From: Macrostomum lignano
Lineage: Eukaryota
Assembly: GCA_002269645.1 (NCBI GenBank)
Contig: NIVC01000294.1
Span: 66,623-130,622, forward strand
Reading direction: 5' to 3'
Length of the DNA stretch: 64,000 nt
The notes below the pieces were generated by a model, which was given only the letters and a program-made list of their open reading frames with translations, was not told the DNA's origin and made no database searches. The position numbers were made by a program, and so were the translations under genes. Position 1 is the stretch's first letter, and each line of letters opens with the position of its first letter. Below, in pieces: positions 22,183 through 34,604 of this stretch.

Positions 22183-22914
22183 TCCGGTTTTCTTTGTCTG
22201 ACCAGTTGATGCGTTTTAGCCGCTAGGCCTGTGGGTTCACCGGGGGGTCGTGGCATGAGAGTCTAATGCTGATATGAAAAACAGAAATTACGTTTTTTTC
22301 CATAAATTCAGTACACGATCAATAGATTCCAAGGCTAAAATGTAATAAGCTATACTTTAGCGAACTACAGTTCATAAACGGTTATTACTTACATATATAT
22401 ATGGCATCTGCTATAGAATTGCGACGATCGAGTTCGAATGCTGGAACTCCTTTTTGATAACAATTTTTTTCGTGAACTTTTGATTTAAATCTCGAATCAA
22501 CAAAGTTCAATAGGAATCAAGTAATAAAATTGTAGAATACAATCCAACGAATGGGCCGCTTTTCAATTTTTGTATTAAAAGTGACAATTGCTGAGAGAGT
22601 TGAACTGCAAGTTGAGTGACTTGTTTTTATTTTATAGTCTATGGTAATGCATCAATGTGGAACTAATTGATTTGAATTACATGCGTTGAACTTCTCGTTC
22701 TCATTTGTTTGTATAGTTGTAGAAACATCTTCGCCAAGGGTTAAACTCAGTTAAAGCTATCGTTGTTTCTGTTTGTTTATTCTACAATAACTTCTTTATC
22801 AGGGGCGTCGCCACGGGGAGGGACCGATTCTAAAGATAATGTACATGTAGGAATTTCGTCATGTACACGTACATATAACAAGAACAACAACAAAGTACAC
22901 TGGATAGTCTCTAG

Positions 22915-23075
22915 TGTCACAGGGCGCGTCTCATGGCCAGAGTGCGAACGTAGGCCGCTCCGCTGGCAGAGTCCGGGGCGCCGGCGTCAGCCAGCAGGCA
23001 GTCGACGAAACGCCGAGTGCGCGCCTGTCATACGTACATTACAATTCATGGCTTTGTCCCCCCCCCAACAACAGT
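22915..23075 (-). mobile_element. 3' fragment of the same non-LTR (LINE) family as 35900-36890
   Basis: Translates GQARTRRFVDCLLADAGAPDSASGAAYVRTLAM, clearly homologous to GQVSTRHFVDCLLVDANAPDTAGGAAYGRS at ~36000-36115. Confidence 0.7.
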
Positions 23076-23359
23076 CTGGCGTTGTGACAATAATTTTTAA
23101 TTATTAGAAAGCATAACTGTCCTTCGACGGTTCAAAGGATCCAAAATTGTGTGTCCGATTAAAAGGTGGCTGACTACAGATTAAAGTTTATACAAATTTT
23201 CATCAAAATCTACAGGAGCCAACATTCTATGGTAAACTAATTCCAAAGAAAGCGCGATGCCTAAATAACAAATAAGCAATTAAATCAGCTCGTATAAAGG
23301 CAGATTTCGACTTTCCAACGCAGTGCTCGTTAAAAAGAACTTAATTGCTCGAGTAAAGC

Positions 23360-23479
23360 ATGGCCTGCTATAAGGCGGCAAATCTTCGCTGGCCCTGCTA
23401 TCACCATTTTCGCAGTTTGGACATCGGCGCTAACTGCTCCAGTCATTCACCGTTGCAGCCTTCTGAGCTTCCAGAAGAG

Positions 23480-23521
<42 letters not shown>

Positions 23522-23983
23522 ACAAGCAGTCAGGAACCAACATCGACCACTGGACCTTGCGGCACTGCTGCTTCAACCAATCAGCCACCAGTCGTTTGCA
23601 AGCGCTGCAAAAAGTATCTCAGCCTGTTGAAGGTGCTCCGTCAGACCAGAGATTGCAGCAACGGCATCGCCAACGGCTACGGCTGCTGTCACACCGGCTG
23701 CTGCAGCGACGATCGATGTGGACGAAGGCCTGCTGTCGAGCAGGGAGATCGTCAGCCCGAGCTGGCAGCAAATGACGCCGGTGGTACTTCATCGGGTTTC
23801 GGCACCGGAAAATTGCAGAACCGATGCAGTTTCTGTTGCGGCTGCTGTCCCAGTGACGGAGATACGAGTACGAGTAGCCGGTTGGGAAGTGCTCAAAGTT
23901 GCGCTACTCATAATCAGACTGCAGTGCATGGCTCAAATCGAAGTGCTGAGCCGCGAAGGCAGACTGGGTGTCGGATTATGTAG
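23360..23983 (+). CDS. Hypothetical polyQ/Cys-rich protein or exon (207 aa)
   Basis: ATG-initiated GC-rich ORF with a CAG tract like those in the bona fide genes here. No recognisable domain. Confidence 0.4.
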
Positions 23984-25640
23984 ATTGATGTCTTTGTAGC
24001 TGCAATTGCATATGTAGAAGTTTTGGTCAGTAAACTTCGTTTGTTCGTTAGTGAGAATAGATTTTTAAGTTCAAGCTGTTACTTTTTATTACTTTTGCAC
24101 AGGTACATGTACATGCATGCTATTTAAAATATTATAACGCAGAAACCCTTCAGATGCACATGTAGGTGAGCTGACAGAGGTCAATGACAGTATAATTTGT
24201 CGTATATAGTCGTATATACCGACCAAAACTTCTGGTAGCTATGCATGACTTCAATACTATATATAATACTTGTGTAGTAATGCAGTCGGTATTTAAATAG
24301 TAAAGGAAGGAACATAATTTTCGATGCCTATTCGATGCAAATGCTGCTTAGGAAGACCAAGTACCATTAAAACCCACAAATTACTTTAAAAAATCAATAA
24401 AGATTTAATAGATTAGCCGAAGTGATTGTTCTACATTTGTCGTAAACACAATCAGCTCATTCACATCTAATATTTGCTACATGAAGGCTAAAGAGAGGCG
24501 TCCCCTGTTGTTGCAACTTCAACAGATGTTTTCACTTTTAATAGAGCTAGCTGGCTAAATATTACTTTTCCACAAGCAACACTAATTTAAGCATTCACAG
24601 AGATCGAGTGCAAGCGTCAGTTCCTTTGTTATCAGCTTCATGAACTTGATCGGAAGCGACTTTGAGCAACTTCCAGCCATTGCTTTCGAATATTCGACTT
24701 GGTTTGTTGATTTTTTGTATAGGAATGTACATGCATTAGTCAGGGCTAATGAACTGCCATCTTCTTAGTGTATTCCCTTAGCTTTAAATGAGTGAATTTT
24801 GTCTGTGGTAAAAACCTATCTGATTAATAGATCAGCCCGGTTTCAGAAGGTGCCATAGATGATGCTTTTGGTGCCGCAGGACAGGCTCGGAGATACAAAA
24901 AACCCGGAAGCCGGTCCGGTAGGTGGGCGCAGCATTTTCAGCGGGGTGACCCTGTCCTGTAGGTCCTGTAGTCCAAGTTCGTAAACTTTAGTACCTCCTT
25001 TTGCAGTTTCTAAGAAATATCGAGTAGCCTAATAGCTAAGTTTCTATTTTAATGAAAAAATTGAAAGCATCGTTCAAAGACTTCTGTACTAACAAATCAC
25101 AAATATGAGCGAACCGAAGGACTTAGGATTTTATTACTCCGAGTGAGGGGAGAGAGAGAGTGAGTAAGCGAGAGACAGAGAGAGCTTTTTGGTGAAAAAA
25201 TAGATAAAGAAGAAAGATTATTCTTCTTAAAAGAAAAAAAACTTGAAATAAAAAAAAACAAAAAACAAAGACTTGCTAACATGGGTCAGTAGGTTTCCAA
25301 TCACGGATGCATCCATCAAAATTCAGAACTGAAGAGTATAATTGAAGAGAAATCCAAACTATGCTAGGCGTGCGACGTGAACAAATTTACTAATCATATT
25401 AATTATTTAGTGAGAATATTAAGCTTTTCATGTTAAAAGCAGTAGATGAAAATAAAGCTACCATTCGAAAATATTAATATATATTAAGAGGTGTTTAAGA
25501 AGCAAAAATATACGGGTGCTGAGTAGCTAGTTTTAACAAAGCATGATTGGAAAAAATCTTCTATGGTTCGATTTTCCTTCAATTTTCCTGTTTGTAGAAA
25601 CCAACAAATTGAATGTATTCAATCGATGTGCGTGCTTATG

Positions 25641-27447
25641 CTAAGCGCACAGGGAGTCGTCAACCTGAGCGATACTCACCTTGCCGAAGACGTCGTTGTT
25701 GCCGCCTGTCTTCCCTGCGATCTTCTTGCCGGATGAGCTCGCATAGCTGCCGCCGCCGCCTCCGTAGCCGTCCTCGCTGTCGCCGGATCCTCCGCAGCCG
25801 CCAGAGTAGCCGCCGCCTCCGCCGCCGCCTCCACCACGGCCGTCAGGAGGAGCTCCAGAGTTGCTGCCGCCTCCGCCGCCTCCGCCGTAGCCGCCGAACC
25901 CGTTGCTATCCGACCCACCGTTGCCCCCGGCCCAGTTGCCTCCGATGCTTCTTCCACCGTAGCCTCCGCCTTTGTCCGTGGCTTGCGCTGTTCCGTCTGA
26001 ACTCCAGCCAGCTCCGCCCGCTCCCGAGTTATCATTGCTGTCTCCTTCACCGCCTTGCCCGTCTGATGTCCCGCAAGAGCTTTCAGTGCTGCTTGTTCCG
26101 TCTCTGCCGACCGACGAGGAAGACTCGGCACCGCCGCCTCCTCCTCCGCCGGCCGCCAACAGCAGCTTCTCGGCGCCGTCTGTGTACACAAAACTGCCAC
26201 CTCCCCCGCCTCCTCCGCCACTGCTGCCGCTGTTTCCCGGCTTACCAACAACAACCGTGAGAGTTTGCGACATGACCAGCCTGAAATCGGCTTTCTTGAA
26301 TGCGCCTCTGCCGCCGTTTGCGTTAGCGGATGACTTGCCACCACTCGCGCCCCAAGCCGATATTTGATAGCAGCCATCGGCCGGCGGAATGAAAGTCATC
26401 ACCGATCCAGTTTGGTTGCTCGAGTCTGTTGGAGGAGCTGCATAGAGTTCGATCGAATCAGTTACAGTGTTTTCTAATAGCACCCAGAACCCGGCATCTA
26501 CGCTCGAACGAGTTTGGTTAGAAAGAAGTTCCCGCGCTCGACTCACAATTAAAATCGGCTGGCGCACTGGTCATAGTTGGTGTCGTAGTTTCAGCTGTAG
26601 TGGTAGTTGATGTTGTGGTGGTAGTTGATGTTGTAGTGGTAGTTGGTGTTTTAGTGGTAGTTGATGTTGTAGTTGTAGTTGGTGTTTTAGTGGTAGTTGA
26701 TGTTGTAGTGGTAGTTGGTGTTTTAGTGGTAGTTGATGTTGTAGTTGTAGTTGGTGTTGTAGTGGTAGCTGGTGTTGTAGTGGTAGCTGGTGTTGTAGTG
26801 GTAGCTGGTGTTTTAGTGGTAGTTGGTGTTGTGGTTGTAGCTGGTGTTGTAGTGGTAGCTGGTGTTGTAGTGGTAGCTGGTGTTGTAGTGGTAGCTGGTG
26901 TTTTAGTGGTAGTTGGTGTTGTGGTTGTAGCTGGTGTTGTAGTGGTATCTGGTGTTGTAGTGGTAGTTAGTGTTGTAGTGGTAGTTGGTGTTGTAGTGGT
27001 AGTTGATGTAGTGGTAGCTGGTGTTGTAGTGGTAGTTGGTGTTGTGGTTGTAGCTGGTGTTTTAGTGGTAGTTGGTGTTGTGGATGTTGTAGTCAAGGCT
27101 GTAGTTGTGGCGATCGTAGAGCCACAAGCTGCCCGATTTCGAAGCGTCTGCGTGTCGCACGTCGGCCCCTCGGTGTTCTGCCACTTTAGCAAGAGGTCGC
27201 AGCTGTTGCCAAGGACGCAGGTTTTAGTGCCAGGCAGATACTGGTAGACAGAGCACACAGTGGTGTTAACCGCGCACTCAACCGCGCACACTCGAGAGTC
27301 AAAAACTCCGAACACTTTGCGCTGGTCGCCAGCAGCCGGGGCCGCCTCCGCGAAGCACAGGTCCGGCCTCTTGTCGAAGACGAAGGTCACACCGGCAGCT
27401 CGAGAGCTCCAGATGGCCACTATGATGACAATGCTCGCTAAAGACAT
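25641..27447 (-). CDS. Secreted PAN/apple - Thr-rich mucin - ALK/LTK-type glycine-rich domain protein, join(27447-26547, 26497-25641), 585 aa
   Basis: Signal peptide MSLASIVIIVAIWSSRAAG; PAN-like C..ECAVNTTVCSVYQY..GTKTCVL; (TTTPAT)n stalk; YQISAWGASGG...LTVVVGKPG...GGGGGSFVY...LLLAAGGGGGG...GGGGGSY. The two ORFs are joined by a 49-nt GTGAGT...CTAAC...TAG intron (26546-26498, phase 1). Confidence 0.85.
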
Positions 27448-27899
27448 TCTTGAACGTCGTCCAGTAAGTCGGAATAAGCTGACTGAACTGATTAAGAGAC
27501 TTTACGAGTAGGTTTGAGAAATTTTTGAATTGACGCAAAGCCGGGGTAGTTAAACCCTGCTTTAATAAGAAAGTCTCAGGCCTCAGGTCCTCTGAGGCTG
27601 AGTTATATTTTCTTGGGACTGTCTCATGTTTCGTTTCCATGGAAACTTTGAGCAACAAACTGTCAGAGAAAAAACAAAAAACGAGAGAAAAAGGGAGCAA
27701 CAGAGGGGAAGCGTGAGACCACATTAACGTAGCTAGGATATTGGGATAGGATCGGGGATGGTTCTAGTTGTGGAGATAAAAGCTGAAAATGTTAAGCAAA
27801 AGCTAAAAAGACTGAGTTTTTGTTAAAATATGTGCCAAAAACAAAGAATTGCCACAAAAGGGGACATTAGAGACATTAGGGAACAAAGAGACGCTACTG

Positions 27900-29630
27900 A
27901 GAGACAAGTCGTAAAGATCGATTGGTCTACATTAGGCTTACGTTGATCGAAAGCTCTAAATCCCGTCTGAGTTGTAGTGAAGCGTCTTTTAAGTCACCCA
28001 AGAAACTTCTGTCCGGAGTTACCATCCATTAACGGTCGATATCTCAGCTGTTCCATTTCAAAACGACAACCATTAAATATGTCCTCAACTTCGGAAGCCA
28101 GCCACAGAAGCACTGCCGGATTCTCACTGTTTTCTGCTGCAGCGTGTAAAATTGTTCGGTTTTTGAGGCTTTTAACAGAAATGCTTTCTTTAAATCGATT
28201 TTTGAAGCCAACGTTTGAAGAGCTTCCAATGCTTGATGTTTGAAAGTAACGTACACCGCACTCTCTCCATCACTGTCGATATCGAAAAATCGCTGCTTGT
28301 CTTCAACTTCAGAGACAAGCCAAAGAAACGCCGACTGATTCTCGCTGTTTTTAGCTGCAGAATGCAAAATCGTTTGATTTCTCGAGCCTTTTGCGGAAAG
28401 GCAGTTTTGCAAACCGAGTTCCGTTGCTAATGCCTGAAATATCTTCAAGTCTTGATTTTTAGATGCAGCATACACGACTGTCTTTACTTCCTCGTCTGGA
28501 TCAAAGAATCGCTGCTTGTTAACTTCGGAAGCGAGCCACAGAAGCACTGACTGATTCATATTGTTTTCAGCTGCCGCATGCAAATTGTCCGACTTCTGGG
28601 ACCCTTGGCGGAAGCGCACAGTTCCAAACCGAGTTCCTTTGGCAATGTCTGAAGAGTGTTCCAAGTCTTGGCATCTAAAGGCATTATACACAGCACTCGT
28701 TCCATCCTTGTCTGGATCGAAGAATCGCTGCTTGTCTTCAACTTCGGAAGCGAGCCATAGTAGCACTGAAGGATTCTCACTGCTCATTGCCGAAATGTGT
28801 AAAATCTGTCTTCCTCGGCATTTGACGGAAAGGCAGTTTTTTCAAACCGACCGCCGTTGCTAATTTCTGAAGAGCCTCCAAGTTTTGATATTGGAAAGCA
28901 ACATGCACGGCACTCTTGAAATCCATCCTCGTCTGGAATGAAGAACTGCCGTTTGTCTTTTATCGTGGAAGCAAGCCAACGAAGAAAATCTGGGTTTTCG
29001 CTGTTTTGAGCAGAAATGTGCAAAGGTGTTTCCATCTCAGCATTCGTCTCTTTGACCAACTGTTGTCCACATTTTTCGCAAATAATTTGCAGTGATTGGA
29101 CTGCCGAACCTGTCTGCTTGCAGCAACAGGCAAAGTGAAGCATGTTGTTGAATTCGTCGCTTCTCACTCTGAGGCACAGATCAGGACGTCTGTCAGCAAA
29201 GAATTTTAACAGCTGGACATCGGACGTGACAGCTGCCAGAAACAGCAGTGCCTTCGCTTGTACTCGTATATCATTCTGATCCTCAATGCACTTTTTAGTG
29301 TCCTTGCTATTCTGTTCTGCTCTATCAATGTCGTCATTATGGCAGGCTTTGAGAAATTCCCTGTGCCACTCTATGCACTGGCTGTCTGCCTCGCTCCAGT
29401 TAGATTCGAATTCGAATTCGCACAGTCCAAACTGATTTTTAAGTCGAAGTCCTCATCATCCATTGTGCGCGTCTGGCACAGCTGTGAATTCTCCGGGCTG
29501 TAAAAAGTAATCGATTTTTTAGATTTAGGCTAATTAAACCAATGCGTGGATTTAAAAATGTCGAACCTAGTGATGAATTGTGATCGGCGTTTCTATGTTC
29601 CCCTGTAGATACATTAAGACTTACGGACAT
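27900..29630 (-). pseudogene. Frameshifted ankyrin-repeat gene (divergent ~80-aa tandem units)
   Basis: Repeats of (E/Q)T.LH.(S/A)A.NSEN...L.WLASEVEDKQRFF.PD.DG.SAVY are spread over different frames. The frame of ORF 28784-29167 extends upstream as ...KALLFLAAVTSDVQLLKFF. Confidence 0.7.
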
Positions 29631-29671
29631 TTCCCCTCAGGCACTTTCCTTTTGACATCACCGTCTAGACA

Positions 29672-29740
29672 GTAGTATAGTGTGGTAGAGAGAGGTGTGG
29701 ACATTGGAGTTGCAACGGCCGTGAGTTCAACTCACGACTT
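29672..29740 (+). other. Possible degenerate tRNA-like/SINE head
   Basis: GTAGTATAGTGTGGTAG (A-box-like) and GTGAGTTCAACTCAC (B-box-like hairpin) at tRNA-like spacing. No clean cloverleaf. Confidence 0.25.
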
Positions 29741-31315
29741 AGAGGGCAAAGAAATGAACCGTAGCTACTACAAGCCGAGTTTTTCATAAATAACACGGTT
29801 CATAATCTAAATTAAAAACCAGTAAATTTCGTTTTTTAAGAAATGTGCAATTAACTTACAGGGGTATACTTAAAATCAACAAGTAGAGCAGAGCACCTAA
29901 ATGATTCCAGCAGTACGGTGTGTGCATGCCTTTGAACAACTATATTAATTCCAACGATTGGTTTTCAAATTTGATATAAACAATCTATGTGCTACTCGCA
30001 AAGTAAGGTAAGTATTTTAAAACAAAGTCCAAAGGTTTTAGTACCATTCACAAGTAAATATATTTATTATGCATATAATATTTTAAGGACTAAAATTAAT
30101 ATTGCATGCAATAATATTCACTAGAGACAATTTGCACCTCAGCGCAAAGCCTTCGGCGACATCGTTTTACTTATTTCCAACTGCTCAAAGGTCATGTGTC
30201 TGCCCAAATCTCCCATAAACAGACTTACAGTAACTACAAGGATTTCAGTTCAATACTTTACAGTTCAGTTCAATACCTCCCTTTGGCCTCTTCGTGTGGT
30301 CGGTGGAATGAGGTCTTTGTTGTTGTTGAACACATGATTGTTTGAAATGAGTCCAGCGGCTTATAGCCTACGAGTACAAGTACAACAAGCCTACAAGGCG
30401 TCTTGATGGCATTTCGCAAATTTTACAGCAGGGGCTGCAACGACTTTCATAGCCGGAAGGGATGAGATGCCCTCACAGTCCACTGGCACTGGCAACATGC
30501 TTCGAACTGATAGTAAAACGTTTCTCACTCCTCACACTCGCTACTCTCAGTAGCAGATCGCTCCCCAGTCACTCGGTCTCATTCTCTCGGCCAGGGTACA
30601 ATACGTAAGTGCTTTCCACCTAATTCTTGCCTCTGCGAGGCCAATAGCCGAGAGTCTAAATTTTGGACTGGGCAGAGAGAGAACAATAGAGCATAAACAA
30701 TTTTTTGGCGCCAAATTCTTGGCTTAGCTGACTTAAAAAGCTTTATTGACCAGAGAGAGAATGAAGTTTTGAGAGAAATAATCTTCTTCTCTCTTCTTCT
30801 CCTTAGAAAATCCTGCAGGACATCAGCCACGGCGCTCTGCAAGGCGGCTCTCGAGTCTACGAATCCCGATAGAGAGTTTTGAGTGCAGCTGCTGGCTAGG
30901 GGCTGATTCGCTGAGAACTGAGGGAGCGGCTCCGAGAGGGACGAGTGAGAATAACGGTAGTTACATGTGTTTAACTTAAGTGCTTCTTTATCTCAAGGGC
31001 CAGGTAAAGAATTCAGCTCATGGATGAGAGACAAATGAGAGAGGAAAAGAGAAAGACTCGAAGATGAGAAATGAGAGAGGATAGGAGAGGCGTGAGATGG
31101 GATCAGAGAACAGATTTTAAAAGATAAGAGGAGAGAAGAGGGGAGAGAAGAGGGGGGGTGAGAAGAGAGAGAGAGAGAGAGTTGATGAGACACAATTTAA
31201 ACCTTGAGCGGGCATGTTGCTTTTATGAAGGGGTTTCAAAGGACACAAGGGACAAAGGACGTATTTTTTAATTTACATTTTCTTATAATCATCAAAAATA
31301 AATAATACCATCATT

Positions 31316-33539
31316 TCAAACCTTTTTAGAATCTTCATTATTCGGCTGATTAGCGCCTTCTAGTGCAAAAATAAGCATTCTAGCAGCCACTTCGTTGCCA
31401 AATTCTTGAGCACGGAGCAATAAAGTTTGAAGACACTTTTTTGAATGATCAGCATTTGCGGCAAATAGAAGTAGCTCTAAAACTTTATTGTGACCATTCT
31501 GTGCTGCAATGTAGAGAGGTGACTCGCCAGTTTTCATTGAATATTGATATCGGCTTGAGCCCAGATGAGTAACTTCACTATCCGATCATGGCCATTCTGC
31601 AATGCAACATACAGAGGTGACTCGCCAGTGTTGCACCGAAGATTTGCATCGGCATGCGCTTTGATAAGTGAATTCACTACAGTTAATTTGTCATTGCGGG
31701 ATGCAATGTAGAGAGGTGTGGCGCCAGTGTTACGTCGAAGATCGACGTCCGCTTCTGCCTTGATGAGTAGGTCCACAACGAGACTGTGACCGTTCTGCGC
31801 CGCAAGGTAAAGAGGTGAGCAGCCGGATTTACGTTGGATATTCATGTCGGCTTGTGCTCGTATCACAGATTCAACAATTAGCAAATGATCTTTCTGTGAT
31901 GCATAGTGGAGTGGTGACTTGTTATTGTTTCTTAGAATATTCACATCAGCTTGTGCTTTAATGAGCAAGTTTACAACTTGACGATGACCATTTTGAGACG
32001 CAATTATTAGAGGTGTCTCGCCAGATTTTCGCTGAGCGTTGACTTCAGCTTTTGCTCGAATAAGTGATTTCACTACTTGCTCGTAACCATTTTGAGATGC
32101 AACATAGAGGGCTGAGCAGCTAGCGTCAGTTTGATTTGAAGATTGATGTCGGCTTGTGCAGGAATCAACACCTCAGCCACCTTCTGATGCCCATTCTGCG
32201 AAGCAATGTAGAGTGGCGAGCAGCCGCCAAAACCATTGAGATCAAGGGAGGCATTTGCTTTAATGAGTGCATCTACTATTTGTTGGTGACCATTTTGTAA
32301 TGCAATGAAAAGTGGTAAGTCACCACCGCTTCTTTGAAGATTATCATCGGCTTTAGCTTTTATGAGAGATTCTAAAACATTCAGGTGGCCATTCTGCGAC
32401 GCAACGAAGAGCGGTGAGCTGCCATCGGCTGCCCTAGCATTGACGACAGCTTGGGCTTTAACTAGTGAGTCCACAACGTCCTGATGTCCATATTCAGCTG
32501 CAATGTACAGATGAGGTGACTCGCCATCAGTTCTGTCAAGATCGATGTCGGCTTGCGCTCTGATGAGTGTGCCGACAACAAATTTATAACCATTCTGCGA
32601 TGCAACATAAAGAAATGACTCGCCTGTGTTTCGTTGAAGATTTACATCTGCTTGCGCTTTGATTAGTAAATCTAAAACTTCCCGATGACCATTCCCGAAG
32701 ACAGGTGAGCATCCTTCTGTCTTCTCCTGGTGGTTGACATCGGCTTGGGCACTACGTAATTAGCGAATTCACTGCCTGCAGATGACCGTTCTGTGATGCA
32801 AATATCAGGGATGTTACGCCAGTTTTAAGTTGAATATTGGTGTCCGCTTGCGCTTCGGTTAGCAATAGAACTATTTGTTTGTGACCTTTTTGTGACGCCA
32901 TGAGAAGCGGTGAGCAGCCACCAGTTTCTTGGAGATCGACGCTGGCTTGTGCATCAATAAGTAATTTGACGACTTCTTTATGACCTTTCTGCGATGCAAT
33001 GTATAGAGGCGAGCCGCCTTGGCTGTTTTGAAGATTTACATCGGCTTGTGCTTTGATGAGTAACTCAACAAGTTGCTGAAAACCATTCTGTGATGCAATG
33101 TAAAGAGGTGACTCTCCAGTGCAAAGTTGAATATTGACGTCGGCTTGGGCTTTAATCAGTAAGTCTACGATCAGATGGTGACCATTTTGTGCTGCAATAC
33201 ATAGAGGTGAGCCGCCTTGGTTCTGCTGCAAATTGACCTCGGCTTGGGATTTTATAAGCAAGTCTACTATGATGCTGTGACCATTCTGTGATGCAATGTA
33301 GAGAGGTGAACGACTTTGGCTTTGATCAGCGAATCCAAGACTTGTTGATAACATAACTTTGAAGCGATGAAAACAGCACTGAGTCCATCATCGTTTTGTT
33401 GACTGAGCTTCACGTTCTCTCGTACAAGGCTGCATAATATATCTTTCTTCCCTAGCAGACATGCAAGCATTGCTGGAGTCAGGGAAATTCCTTTGAAGTT
33501 AAGGAAACCGCGCATATTCTTACCCTTGTCAATCAAGTC
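31316..33539 (-). pseudogene. Ankyrin-repeat array gene with multiple frameshifts
   Basis: About 20 canonical repeats G.SPLYIASQNGH..VV.LLIKAQADVN.Q are distributed over ORFs 33267-33536, 32752-33354, 32073-32474, 31534-32073 and 31316-31537. Confidence 0.8.
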
Positions 33540-34604
33540 GGGTCGCTTTCACAAGCGCTAATTTTCATAACCGCTAACGACATGAATTTCACAAGCGCTA
33601 AATTTCATAATAGCTAAAAATTTGCCGCCTATACTTTCACAAGCGCTAAACTTCACAAACGCTAAACTTCAGAATAGCGAAACCACCTACTTTCACAAGC
33701 GCTAAACTTCACAAACGCTAAACTTCAGAATAGCGAAACCACCTACTTTCACAAGCGCTAAACTTCACAAGCGCTCGCGCGCTAAACTTCACAAGCGCTA
33801 AACTTCACAAACGCTAAACTTCACAAACGCTAACCTTTACAATCCCCAAAACACGAATGTCGGCTTCTTTTACAAGCGCTAAAATGTTAATATACTATAT
33901 ATACTAATATACTAATACTAATATACTATACTAAAATACTAAAATACTATTTTAGCGCTTGTGAAAGTAGGCGGCATTCGTGTTTTGGGGATTGTAAAGG
34001 TTAGCGTTTGTGAAGTTTAGCGTTTGTGAAGTTTAGCGCTTGTGAAGTTTAGCGCGCGAGCGCTTGTGAAGTTTAGCGCTTGTGAAAGTAGGTGGTTTCG
34101 CTATTCTGAAGTTTAGCGTTTGTGAAGTTTAGCGCTTGTGAAAGTAGGTGGTTTCGCTATTCTGAAGTTTAGCGTTTGTGAAGTTTAGCGCTTGGAAAGT
34201 AAGTGAGTTAGCGGTTATGAAGTTTAGCGCTTGTGAAGTTTAGCGCTTGTGAAAGTAGGCGGCATTTGTGTTTTAGCGGTTGTGAAGTTTAGCGTTTGTG
34301 AAGTTTAGCGCTTGGAAAGTAAGTGAGTTAGCGGTTATGAAGTTTAGCGCTTGTGAAGTTTAGCGCTTGTGAAAGTAGGTGGTTTCGCTATTCTGAAGTT
34401 TAGCGTTTGTGAAGTTTAGCGCTTGGAAAGTAAGTGAGTTAGCGGTTATGAAGTTTAGCGCTTGTGAAGTTTAGCGCTTGTGAAAGTAGGTGGTTTCGCT
34501 ATTCTGAAGTTTAGCGCTTGTGAAGTTTAGCGCTTGTGAAGTTTAGCGCTTGTGAAAGTAGGTGAGCTAGCGCTTATGAAAATTAGCGCTTGTGAAGCCT
34601 CCCC
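33540..34604. mobile_element. Foldback/MITE-like non-autonomous DNA element with an 8-bp TSD (ATCAAGTC)
   Basis: Arms are built from the 16-bp AAACTTCACAAGCGCT and are inverted around an AT-rich spacer (33886-33948). The termini are GGG..CTTCACAAGCGCTAATTTTCATAA. ATCAAGTC occurs at 33532-33539 and 34605-34612. Confidence 0.88.

Noticed and set aside
26518-26567. Programmed frameshift or pseudogene lesion between the mucin and glycine-rich ORFs
   Set aside because: A canonical 49-nt GT-AG intron with a CTAAC branch point joins them in frame.
25613-27247. Plus-strand Arg-, Pro- and Val-rich ORFs (25613, 25972, 26600)
   Set aside because: These are antisense shadows of the Gly-rich and Thr-rich coding sequence on the minus strand.
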